From Candidatus Methanovorans sp. (GTDB lineage: Archaea > Halobacteriota > Methanosarcinia > Methanosarcinales > Methanosarcinaceae): a DNA stretch of 64,000 nt. The notes under the pieces are model-generated. The model saw only the letters and a list, made by a program, of their open reading frames with translations, made no database searches and had not been told where the DNA came from. Made by a program: the position numbers and the translations under genes. The stretch is taken from positions 6,069 to 70,068 of the forward strand of contig DQIP01000236.1 in the NCBI GenBank assembly GCA_020793565.1. Direction: 5' to 3'. Numbering within the stretch: the first letter of the stretch is position 1; each line of letters opens with the position of its first letter. Below, in pieces: positions 57,194 through 64,000 of the stretch.

Positions 57194-57742
57194 TCAATCA
57201 AACGCTTTCTTGAAAGGCTCAAGTTTTTCATGCAACTGCGCGATCATATCTCCGATATCATTATGCAATTCGTCTTGATCGATCGTTGTCTTCTTAACAT
57301 ATTTATCAAGATTCTTTATGCTCTTTGCCGTTGCGACCACATAATTGAGGTCATGGTCTACCTTAATGGAACCCAAAAGAGGAATCTTGCCGATATTTGC
57401 AAAATCGGTTTTGTACATGCGAATTACTTCTTCCGGTTCAACAACGTAATTTTTCACGGTTGCCACAATAGTTATCACGGACTGGCTTCCAACGATCTTT
57501 GATTTCATTCCAGAAACCTTGCGATCGATCCTGTATTCGATGGTGTACAGGACATCATCGTTCATCTTGAACCGCACAGTGTATCCCGGACTTGCGCCCG
57601 TCCCGTTCGATATGTGTATCAGGGAATGTCCGTTCCTGGCAAAAAAATGTATAACCTCTCCAAGAACGATCTCATCCTTGCTTTGTGTCAATGCCTTGCT
57701 ATGTGCAACATCTCCAATGGTCTTAAAAAGTCCCATATTCAT
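57194..57742 (-). CDS. Hypothetical protein, paralog of the upstream gene (unknown family)
   Basis: 182 aa. It shares blocks with the 57739-58275 product: DE[IV].[LV]G..[IV]......GH[SA]L, D...[ND]IG.I, and a C-terminal EKL..F helix. The ATGA overlap indicates translational coupling. Confidence 0.6.
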   Translation of the reverse strand: MNMGLFKTIGDVAHSKALTQSKDEIVLGEVIHFFARNGHSLIHISNGTGASPGYTVRFKMNDDVLYTIEYRIDRKVSGMKSKIVGSQSVITIVATVKNYVVEPEEVIRMYKTDFANIGKIPLLGSIKVDHDLNYVVATAKSIKNLDKYVKKTTIDQDELHNDIGDMIAQLHEKLEPFKKAFD

Positions 57743-58275
57743 GCCCCCAGATTCACTTCAACGAATTCTTTCAGTTTTTCTGTGACCACAGACACATGCT
57801 CTGCTATTTTATCAAAATCCGGCATAAGTGTATCCGGATCCACATAATCATCCGCTATTATGTACAGCGGCATGCTGGCAAACAGGTAATTTCCCTGCAC
57901 ATCATACATTATGGAACCGATATCACCAAGTGCATCGGATAATGATTCCTTCCATCTGGACGAAATAAGTTTTCCCATCTTTTTTGCACGCATTCCATAT
58001 CCGCACGTAAATTGCATCCTGTGCCCAAGCGTTTTAGCTTCTGCAAGTGCATTACTGCTATGTCGTACCTGTATGATCACCCTGTCCTGGGTGTCCAGAT
58101 TCTCAAACAGCATATTGTGATAGTCACCTGTGGAAGATACATCAAAAAGCGCATGTCCGCTTTCCAGCATTGTGGATACAAGTCCTCCTACGAACACTTC
58201 ATCCATATATGTAGCAGCGTGTTCTTCTTCAGCCAGTTTCCAGCTGTCTTTGACCAATTGTTCGAATGTTGCCAT
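57739..58275 (-). CDS. Hypothetical protein, paralog of the downstream gene (unknown family)
   Basis: 178 aa, starting 39 nt after the XPD stop on the same strand. Confidence 0.6.
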   Translation of the reverse strand: MATFEQLVKDSWKLAEEEHAATYMDEVFVGGLVSTMLESGHALFDVSSTGDYHNMLFENLDTQDRVIIQVRHSSNALAEAKTLGHRMQFTCGYGMRAKKMGKLISSRWKESLSDALGDIGSIMYDVQGNYLFASMPLYIIADDYVDPDTLMPDFDKIAEHVSVVTEKLKEFVEVNLGA

Positions 58276-58314
58276 TTTATTCCTCCTGGAATGTAAAGAT
58301 AATTGTAATATGTT

Positions 58315-60498
58315 TTACAGCGTAGCGTTATCCACAAAGAAATTCATAAGCGAATACTTCACCTTACCGGCCTCAACATCAACAAACTCCCCTCTTTCAT
58401 CTTCGGGAAATACTCCAAACACCGAAAACTTCCCGAACCTCTTCTTAGAATCTGTCAAGAACCGACCATCAAGAAGTATTCTTACCCCATAATCGTCGGG
58501 CGAACGCACCACTCTTCCCATTGCCTGCCTTATCTTGCGGATGGTCGGGACCTGGATCGCATAGTCCCACCCTGCGCCGTATCCGAACACATGGTCATAA
58601 GCGGATTCCACAGCATTCATCCTGTCATTTAAAGCCGGATACCCGACACCCACGATAATAACAGTACGCCCTCGCCCGTCTCGGTAATCCACACCCTCAC
58701 TCAGCGTACCCCACAGGTATGAAACAAGCACAGCCTTGCCCCCGCTCTCTCCGATCCTGAAAAACTTTTCCCTGACTTCCTGTGCTGACACACCCACTTC
58801 GTCAAGGAACACGGGAACGTCAACCACTTTTTCCAGTTTATTGAAATACCGCCTTGCTTCAAACGAACTCTGGAAGAATATGATGACATTTCCCTTTGAC
58901 TGCTCGATGGAATCAAACATCACCTGCTTAATGGCTTCTTTTGTCTGTGGATCATCGCGGTTCTTTGCAAACAGCGGCGGAATGGCTGCTGCAATTGTAA
59001 GCCGTTTTTCCAGGGGGAATGATGTGCCATATGCGATCTCACACGTATCCCGTGCAATTCCGAGCGTGGCTTTGATCATCTTAAACGGGCGCAGGGTCGC
59101 TGACATCAATATCGCCGAGAACACGGATTCAAACAATGGTTCTGTAACGTTTTTAGGAATACAGGTGAACAATTCGATCCGTCCGTATACCTCGTTGTCC
59201 ATATCCCGCCTGACATTGAGGATCGGGTAGTAGTTGAGATTGTTGGAAAGCACAAGATATGATGAAAGGAAATCGGCAGTGTAAAGGATATGTGAACGCT
59301 TCAGTATCTTGCTCAATCCTTTTTTGTACTGCTCACGATAGATATCATCAAGTTTTGCCCCAAACTCACTTGCCATTGTCAGGAGTTCCTGTATCTCCTT
59401 TTCTTCTCCAAACCCGACATCCTTTGCCTGACGCAAAAACCGCGCGCGGACAATATCATTACGCTCATACGGATCACTTATCCGTATGTCGTACCATCGC
59501 TTACCCACCCGCTCCCGCTCGCCGAATTTGAATCTTGAGTTGTACGTCTTCCGCATCACATCCAGCAGCATCCTGAACAGGTTATGCACACCCCCATCAG
59601 GCATCTCATCGATATTAGCCTCAAGTTCAGCGATGGCTTTTTCGACCGTATGTTCGGTTATCGTTATGGATGAATGCGAGCGTGCGGCTGATTCGATATT
59701 GTGTGCTTCGTCCAGTATAAGTATTATATCCTGGGGATCCCTGTCAAGCCATCCAAGGAATGCGGAGAAGATATCAGCGTTTAAGACATGATGATAATTG
59801 CATATCACAAGGTCTGCGTGTTTGAGCTCACGTTTCAGCAATTCGTATCCGCACATTTCCTGGTCGAATGCATAATCATTGACCTCTTCGGGAGAGCGAA
59901 CATCTGCAAATAGCCATTTACGGAACGTTTCGCTGTCCGAACGCAGGACTTCATATAGATCGTTGCATGCCCGATCACGTACACTCTTTAGTTTTTCCTG
60001 TGCGACGTTCATCTCATTTGCCAGTGCATCCCTGAGCGCAATAAGCGACTGGTCGCGTGTTTTTTTGTAGTCCTCATTGGCAGATCTGAGTTCCTGTTTT
60101 TTGAGATGGAGTTCGCGCTCGATCTCGATAAGTTCGAACGTGTTCTCGCGCTTGAGACTGCATTCCTCATAATCGATCTCGTGCGGACACATTGCACTTT
60201 TGCCTTTCACAACAGCAACTTTTACGTTATTGGTCTTTTTGATATCACGTGCTTCGTTTATGAACTGCACCATCTGCTGGTGAACATTGGTAGCGATCAC
60301 GACGGTCTTTTTTAACTGCTTTCCCACATGCAGGGACGGTGCGAGTGCACTCAGCGTCTTGCCGGTACCGCATGCCCCCTCAAACAGCACCATGTTTTTC
60401 CGGAGCAGCGCTGCATGGATCTTATCCATCGCCGCTTCCTGGTTCGGGTAGCACGCTTCCTTTGTGAAATATTTAAAGTATCCGCTGGTCTTGCTCAT
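58315..60498 (-). CDS. xpd: XPD/Rad3-family SF2 DNA helicase with Fe-S domain
   Basis: Walker A GACGTGKT and DEAH box LDEAHNIE. Four Cys are candidate 4Fe-4S ligands (AMCPH, EECS, RACND, EMCGYE). The C-terminal motifs are QA.GR..R and DYG. At 727 aa it is longer than the XPD proteins I remember. Confidence 0.85.
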   Translation of the reverse strand: MSKTSGYFKYFTKEACYPNQEAAMDKIHAALLRKNMVLFEGACGTGKTLSALAPSLHVGKQLKKTVVIATNVHQQMVQFINEARDIKKTNNVKVAVVKGKSAMCPHEIDYEECSLKRENTFELIEIERELHLKKQELRSANEDYKKTRDQSLIALRDALANEMNVAQEKLKSVRDRACNDLYEVLRSDSETFRKWLFADVRSPEEVNDYAFDQEMCGYELLKRELKHADLVICNYHHVLNADIFSAFLGWLDRDPQDIILILDEAHNIESAARSHSSITITEHTVEKAIAELEANIDEMPDGGVHNLFRMLLDVMRKTYNSRFKFGERERVGKRWYDIRISDPYERNDIVRARFLRQAKDVGFGEEKEIQELLTMASEFGAKLDDIYREQYKKGLSKILKRSHILYTADFLSSYLVLSNNLNYYPILNVRRDMDNEVYGRIELFTCIPKNVTEPLFESVFSAILMSATLRPFKMIKATLGIARDTCEIAYGTSFPLEKRLTIAAAIPPLFAKNRDDPQTKEAIKQVMFDSIEQSKGNVIIFFQSSFEARRYFNKLEKVVDVPVFLDEVGVSAQEVREKFFRIGESGGKAVLVSYLWGTLSEGVDYRDGRGRTVIIVGVGYPALNDRMNAVESAYDHVFGYGAGWDYAIQVPTIRKIRQAMGRVVRSPDDYGVRILLDGRFLTDSKKRFGKFSVFGVFPEDERGEFVDVEAGKVKYSLMNFFVDNATL

Positions 60499-60803
60499 TG
60501 CATTACCTATGGTTTACGTATACTTAAACGATGATGGTACTTTATATGAAAACAGTTCGAATTCAGCATGTATAAGACGCTTCACCAAATCATGTACAAT
60601 CAACCACATCCGCCATCAATATGATGGGAAAAATCATCATAAATGTAAACCTGTGTCTATAGTGCCAAAAACAGTTGTGTTGATACTGAAAAACAAAGTT
60701 TTTCATATCTACTGTAAATTTGTTGGCAAAACAACAAACTGACGAACATATCATCGGACAATGAGTGCGAATGGTGCTGTAATCGATGATTTGACCAGGT
60801 TGT

Positions 60804-60837
60804 ATTTTCCAATTTACCATTCGATTTGAAGTGGATA
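60804..60837 (+). repeat. Orphan copy of the IS66-like element's inverted-repeat block
   Basis: ATTTTCCAATTTACCATTCGATTTGAAGTGGATA matches the reverse complement of 40381-40414 and the plus strand of 42283-42318. Confidence 0.65.
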
Positions 60838-61345
60838 CTGAAAAATCGACTTTATTTATGGAGGGTGATTAAACCATGAAGGAAATTAGAGGAGATTTTC
60901 AGAGCATTGAAGATCAAGACTCCAAAATTTGATGTAAAAGAATGTATACCTACAAATTTTGATAACTTTTAGAAGTTAATTATCCCGGCAGGTATCGATT
61001 AAGGCCATTTTTTGGACTAATTTTTGTCAAAGATTAGATGGATATGGTAAGATGGGGGCATAAATGAGATTGTTGTGTCTGAAATAAAAAACAACACAAC
61101 AGCTGCATGCAGCGCATTTCCACACTACTTGCCATAAAAATGATGCCTGCTATCGATGAGATAATTAATTAGGTCCATAAATGTGAAAATATGAAAATTT
61201 CATCGGTGATGAAGGGAGGCGCCGCCTATAGCAGATTGTCTCGGCATCAAAACTACTTAAAAAAGTACTCGTAAGTAATATTTATCGTGATATTTATCGC
61301 AACATGTATCATAATATTTATAAAACATGTTTTCCTTTTTGATTC

Positions 61346-61837
61346 GTGATTCAAATGAATAAATTAACATTGTTCTTATATCTTATTGGTATTATTCTGG
61401 TCAGTGGGTGTACAGGCCCAGATTCGAATACAGGTGATGATGTGGAAAATATTGTAAAAGAAAATGATCATGTTAGCGTAGATTATATAGGTGATGATGT
61501 GGAAAATATTGTAAAAGAAAACGATCATGTTAGCGTAGATTATATCGGTGAGTTGGAAGATGGTACGATCTTTGATACATCCATAGAAGATGTTGCTAAA
61601 GATGGGGGAGTATACAATCCAAACCGGAAATATGAACCACTTTCGTTCACAGCAGGTGCAGGCCAGATGATTTCCGGATTTGACAGAGGTGTTATTGGCA
61701 TGGCTGTAGGCGAGGAGAAAACCCTTGTTATACCTCCTGAAGAAGCATACGGTGAATCCAGCGCAGGTAATAACCATCCTCTTGCAGGAAAAACGCTTAT
61801 CTTTAAAGTCACTCTTGTTTCCATTGGGCAAGAGTAA
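61346..61837 (+). CDS. FKBP-type peptidyl-prolyl cis-trans isomerase, lipoprotein-like signal, with internal 19-aa duplication
   Basis: LVSGC lipobox-like N-terminus and FKBP core ([16 protein letters not shown]...F..G.GQMI.GFD.GV.GM.VGE...L.IPPE.AYG). Confidence 0.85.
   Translation: MIQMNKLTLFLYLIGIILVSGCTGPDSNTGDDVENIVKENDHVSVDYIGDDVENIVKENDHVSVDYIGELEDGTIFDTSIEDVAKDGGVYNPNRKYEPLSFTAGAGQMISGFDRGVIGMAVGEEKTLVIPPEEAYGESSAGNNHPLAGKTLIFKVTLVSIGQE
61433..61546 (+). repeat. 57-bp tandem duplication (2 copies, 2 mismatches) inside the FKBP gene
   Basis: GGTGATGATGTGGAAAATATTGTAAAAGAAAA(T/C)GATCATGTTAGCGTAGATTATAT(A/C) occurs twice, encoding [19 protein letters not shown] twice. Confidence 0.95.
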
Positions 61838-61852
61838 TACAGGATAGTAATC

Positions 61853-62248
61853 TTGACAATGGAAAAAGAAGAAAAGATCGTGGCTGTGCTGCTAGTAATG
61901 GCGATATTGTCACTTGCAGTGGCTTATGTCACGTTTTTTCAGGACGATGGTGAGTGGATAGGTAGTGATGCCATTCAATTTAATGAGCGATCATCGATTG
62001 GGGACTATGTATATTTAGAGGGTACGATCCTGAACAAGAGGTTCACTTCCACGGGAGACCATTTGCTTTTGAGTGTTGAACATGGCCAAAATGTTACCAA
62101 AGTATTCATCCCAAACAGTAACGGTGCGGAATACATTGACAATCTGGTAAATGAGAATGATCACGTTCATGTACAGGGAATTTTTGATGAGTACCAGGGT
62201 GAGCGGGAAGTTATAGTCCAGAATAAAAATGGTGTAACAACGCTGTGA
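61853..62248 (+). CDS. Membrane-anchored OB-fold-like protein (hypothetical)
   Basis: 131 aa with an N-terminal TM, then GDYVYLEGTI...HVHVQG.FDEYQGEREV, which resembles tRNA_anti-like OB folds. Confidence 0.5.
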   Translation: MTMEKEEKIVAVLLVMAILSLAVAYVTFFQDDGEWIGSDAIQFNERSSIGDYVYLEGTILNKRFTSTGDHLLLSVEHGQNVTKVFIPNSNGAEYIDNLVNENDHVHVQGIFDEYQGEREVIVQNKNGVTTL

Positions 62249-62280
62249 AGATCACAGTTACATTTCCTTCAATTGATATG

Positions 62281-62343
62281 ACGAGAAAATCTTCGCTGAC
62301 GCTCAGATTAACTCGAACTATATAATCTTATAGATCATATATT
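62281..62343 (+). repeat. Rep-P unit
   Basis: ACGAGAAAATCTTCGCTGACGCTCAGATTAACTCGAACTA followed by TATAATCTTATAGATCATATATT. Confidence 0.85.
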
Positions 62344-62389
62344 ATCAAAAATAGGTAATGATTTAAACAAAAAACACATTATACAAAAT

Positions 62390-63568
62390 ATGAAAGCCTG
62401 CATTATGTGTGGTGGGGAAGGGACACGGCTTCGCCCGTTGACATTTGAACGACCAAAACCGAGTATTCCCATTTTGAACAAGCCTTCTGTTGTACATCTT
62501 ATCGAGCATCTTGCAAAGGAAGGGTTTAGCGAAATTGTGGTGACACTCGGGTATATGGCTGAGAAGATAGGGGAAGATCTTGGTGATGGGAGCATGTTTG
62601 GTGTGCACATCGATTATGTGTACGAACATGAAAAACTCGGTACAGCCGGCGGCGTAAAGAACGCTGAAAAATATTTGTGTGATGAGCCGTTCATTGTTCT
62701 TGGTGGTGACCATGTGTTGAACCTGAATATCCGCGAGATGTACAGGTTTCATGAACATAACGATGCGATCATGACAATTGGCCTGCTTTCTATCGACGAC
62801 CCGGGAGAATTCGGTATCGCTGATATGGATGTCAATAACAGGATACATCGCTTTTTGGAAAAGCCTGGTGCAGGTGAGATTTTCAGTAACCTGGCAAGTA
62901 CTGGCATCTACATGTGCGATCCCGGGATATTTGACTGGATACCAGAAGACACGAAATACGATTTTGCCAAAGATGTGTTCCCTGCATTGCTTGCCAAGGA
63001 CGAAAAGATAAATGGTTTGCTTGTTAGTGGAGAATGGACAGATGTCGGAAGTGCGGCAGCATTCAGGCAGGCACAGCGCTGGATGCTTATATCCCTGCCA
63101 GGAACCACGATCGCAGGGCATTTCAACACGAAAGATGCCCGCATAAAAGGTCCATTAGATATCGGGCATAATGTGTCAATCGGTTCCAATTCCGCGTTAG
63201 TTGGACCGATCGTGATTGGGGAAAATACTACTATCGGGGATAATGTACTGGTCGGACCTTACACTGTAATTGGTTCAAACTGCGTGATCAAGGATGATTC
63301 CAGGATTCTGTCATCATATATTTTCAATAATATAGTCATTGGCAACAATTCAAATGTGTCAGGTTCAACGATCGACAACGGAACCGTAGTAGGGCAAAAC
63401 TGTAGTCTGGAACATGGCACGGTAATCGGACCCAGGGTTGTTATTGGCAACAATGCGACAATACATTCAGATGTCAAGATATGGCCGGAAACTGTGATCA
63501 AAGCCGGTTTGAATGTAAAAACGGACATTATTGATCCGGAATATAGTTCATTGAACAATGGTTTTTGA
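62390..63568 (+). CDS. Sugar-phosphate nucleotidyltransferase with C-terminal left-handed beta-helix (GlmU/GCD1-like)
   Basis: The N-terminus is CGGEGTRLRPLT...PKP. The C-terminal half has hexapeptide repeats ([LIV]G.N..[LIV]). Confidence 0.85.
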   Translation: MKACIMCGGEGTRLRPLTFERPKPSIPILNKPSVVHLIEHLAKEGFSEIVVTLGYMAEKIGEDLGDGSMFGVHIDYVYEHEKLGTAGGVKNAEKYLCDEPFIVLGGDHVLNLNIREMYRFHEHNDAIMTIGLLSIDDPGEFGIADMDVNNRIHRFLEKPGAGEIFSNLASTGIYMCDPGIFDWIPEDTKYDFAKDVFPALLAKDEKINGLLVSGEWTDVGSAAAFRQAQRWMLISLPGTTIAGHFNTKDARIKGPLDIGHNVSIGSNSALVGPIVIGENTTIGDNVLVGPYTVIGSNCVIKDDSRILSSYIFNNIVIGNNSNVSGSTIDNGTVVGQNCSLEHGTVIGPRVVIGNNATIHSDVKIWPETVIKAGLNVKTDIIDPEYSSLNNGF

Positions 63569-63597
63569 ATAAAGGCCTGCAGTTTGGATTGCTGCTT

Positions 63598-64000
63598 ATG
63601 AGTAAACTCAAAAAATTGTTGAATACATCACTTTTGATAAGTACACTTTCCATTGTAGTAGTTCTTATATTCACTGTTGATTCAACTACGATTGCTGTTA
63701 TAATGGAAGTAAAGCACGAATATATTATCGCAGCGGCTGCTTTGCATGCGTTTTCATATCTTATATGGGGTTTGCGCACAAAGTTTATGTGCCAGGGCCT
63801 TGGATATCACATAACCACCTTAAAAGCTGCCGAGATCGTAACATCCAGTACACTGGTCGCATCTATCACACCTGCATCGGCAGGCGGTGAACCTGTAAGG
63901 ATCCATCTTTTACACAAAAACAAAATACCGATTGGGCATGCTACAGCAGTGGTAATTGGAGAGCGGGTCATGGATGCGATCCTGCTATTGTCCCTGGTAC
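63598..64000 (+). CDS. UPF0104/LPG-synthase-TM-like flippase-type membrane protein (3' end beyond window)
   Basis: Open frame from ATG 63598 to the window end. It has TM segments and the ITPASAGGEPVRI motif typical of this family. Confidence 0.6.
   Translation, partial: MSKLKKLLNTSLLISTLSIVVVLIFTVDSTTIAVIMEVKHEYIIAAAALHAFSYLIWGLRTKFMCQGLGYHITTLKAAEIVTSSTLVASITPASAGGEPVRIHLLHKNKIPIGHATAVVIGERVMDAILLLSLV

Overview
This window is an archaeal chromosomal segment. Gene content and order look like a Methanosarcinales-type methanogen or ANME, but that is inferred from motifs I recognise, since no search was possible. All product names are motif-based calls.

Housekeeping blocks:
- archease and rtcB (9.2-11.3 kb).
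- A minus-strand supercluster at 14.7-23.9 kb: idsA, RNase J, idi2, IPK, mvk, MEMO-like, uS2, rpoK, tRNA-Pro with intron, rpoN, uS9, uL13, eL18.
- DNA ligase, homoserine dehydrogenase plus an ACT-domain protein, and htpX.
- hacA/hacB-like aconitase-family subunits.
- A Phr/HSR1-like regulator-cdc48-hsp20 heat-shock operon.
- A GlcD-HdrD fusion oxidoreductase and a thermosome subunit.
- A BioY-EcfA-EcfT transporter and an ArsR-permease pair.
- An XPD helicase, an FKBP, and a GlmU-like nucleotidyltransferase.

Accessory and mobile content:
- Four DDE transposase genes: IS1634-like, IS630, an unclassified DDE type, and IS66/ISBst12-like.
- One IS91-like remnant and two gene fragments beside the IS copies (an HsdS pseudogene and a GC-rich RecG-like/HATPase_c_4 tail).
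- A roughly 105-bp MITE family that shares its end with the IS66-like locus.
- A previously unnamed dispersed repeat of about 63 nt (hairpin plus TATA palindrome): 8 units at 6 intergenic loci, two arrays of which bracket the ECF cassette in inverted orientation.
- An inverted segmental duplication (6.6 kb versus 32.2-32.7 kb).

The window is also rich in young tandem repeats:
- An 11-nt array and a triplicated start-codon segment ahead of rtcB.
- 24-nt repeats that add an acidic Cys-bearing N-terminal extension to uS2.
- 30-nt N-X-T sequon repeats in a secreted protein.
- A 57-bp duplication in the FKBP gene.
- PbH1 repeats in a 1373-aa surface protein carrying both cohesin and dockerin.

Candidate uncharacterised systems:
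- A translationally coupled Zn-ribbon plus Mrr-cat/2xPH nuclease islet (33.3-34.5 kb).
- An XPD helicase operon with two tandem paralogous roughly 180-aa unknown proteins (57.2-60.5 kb).
- A structured ncRNA candidate (24.29-24.38 kb).
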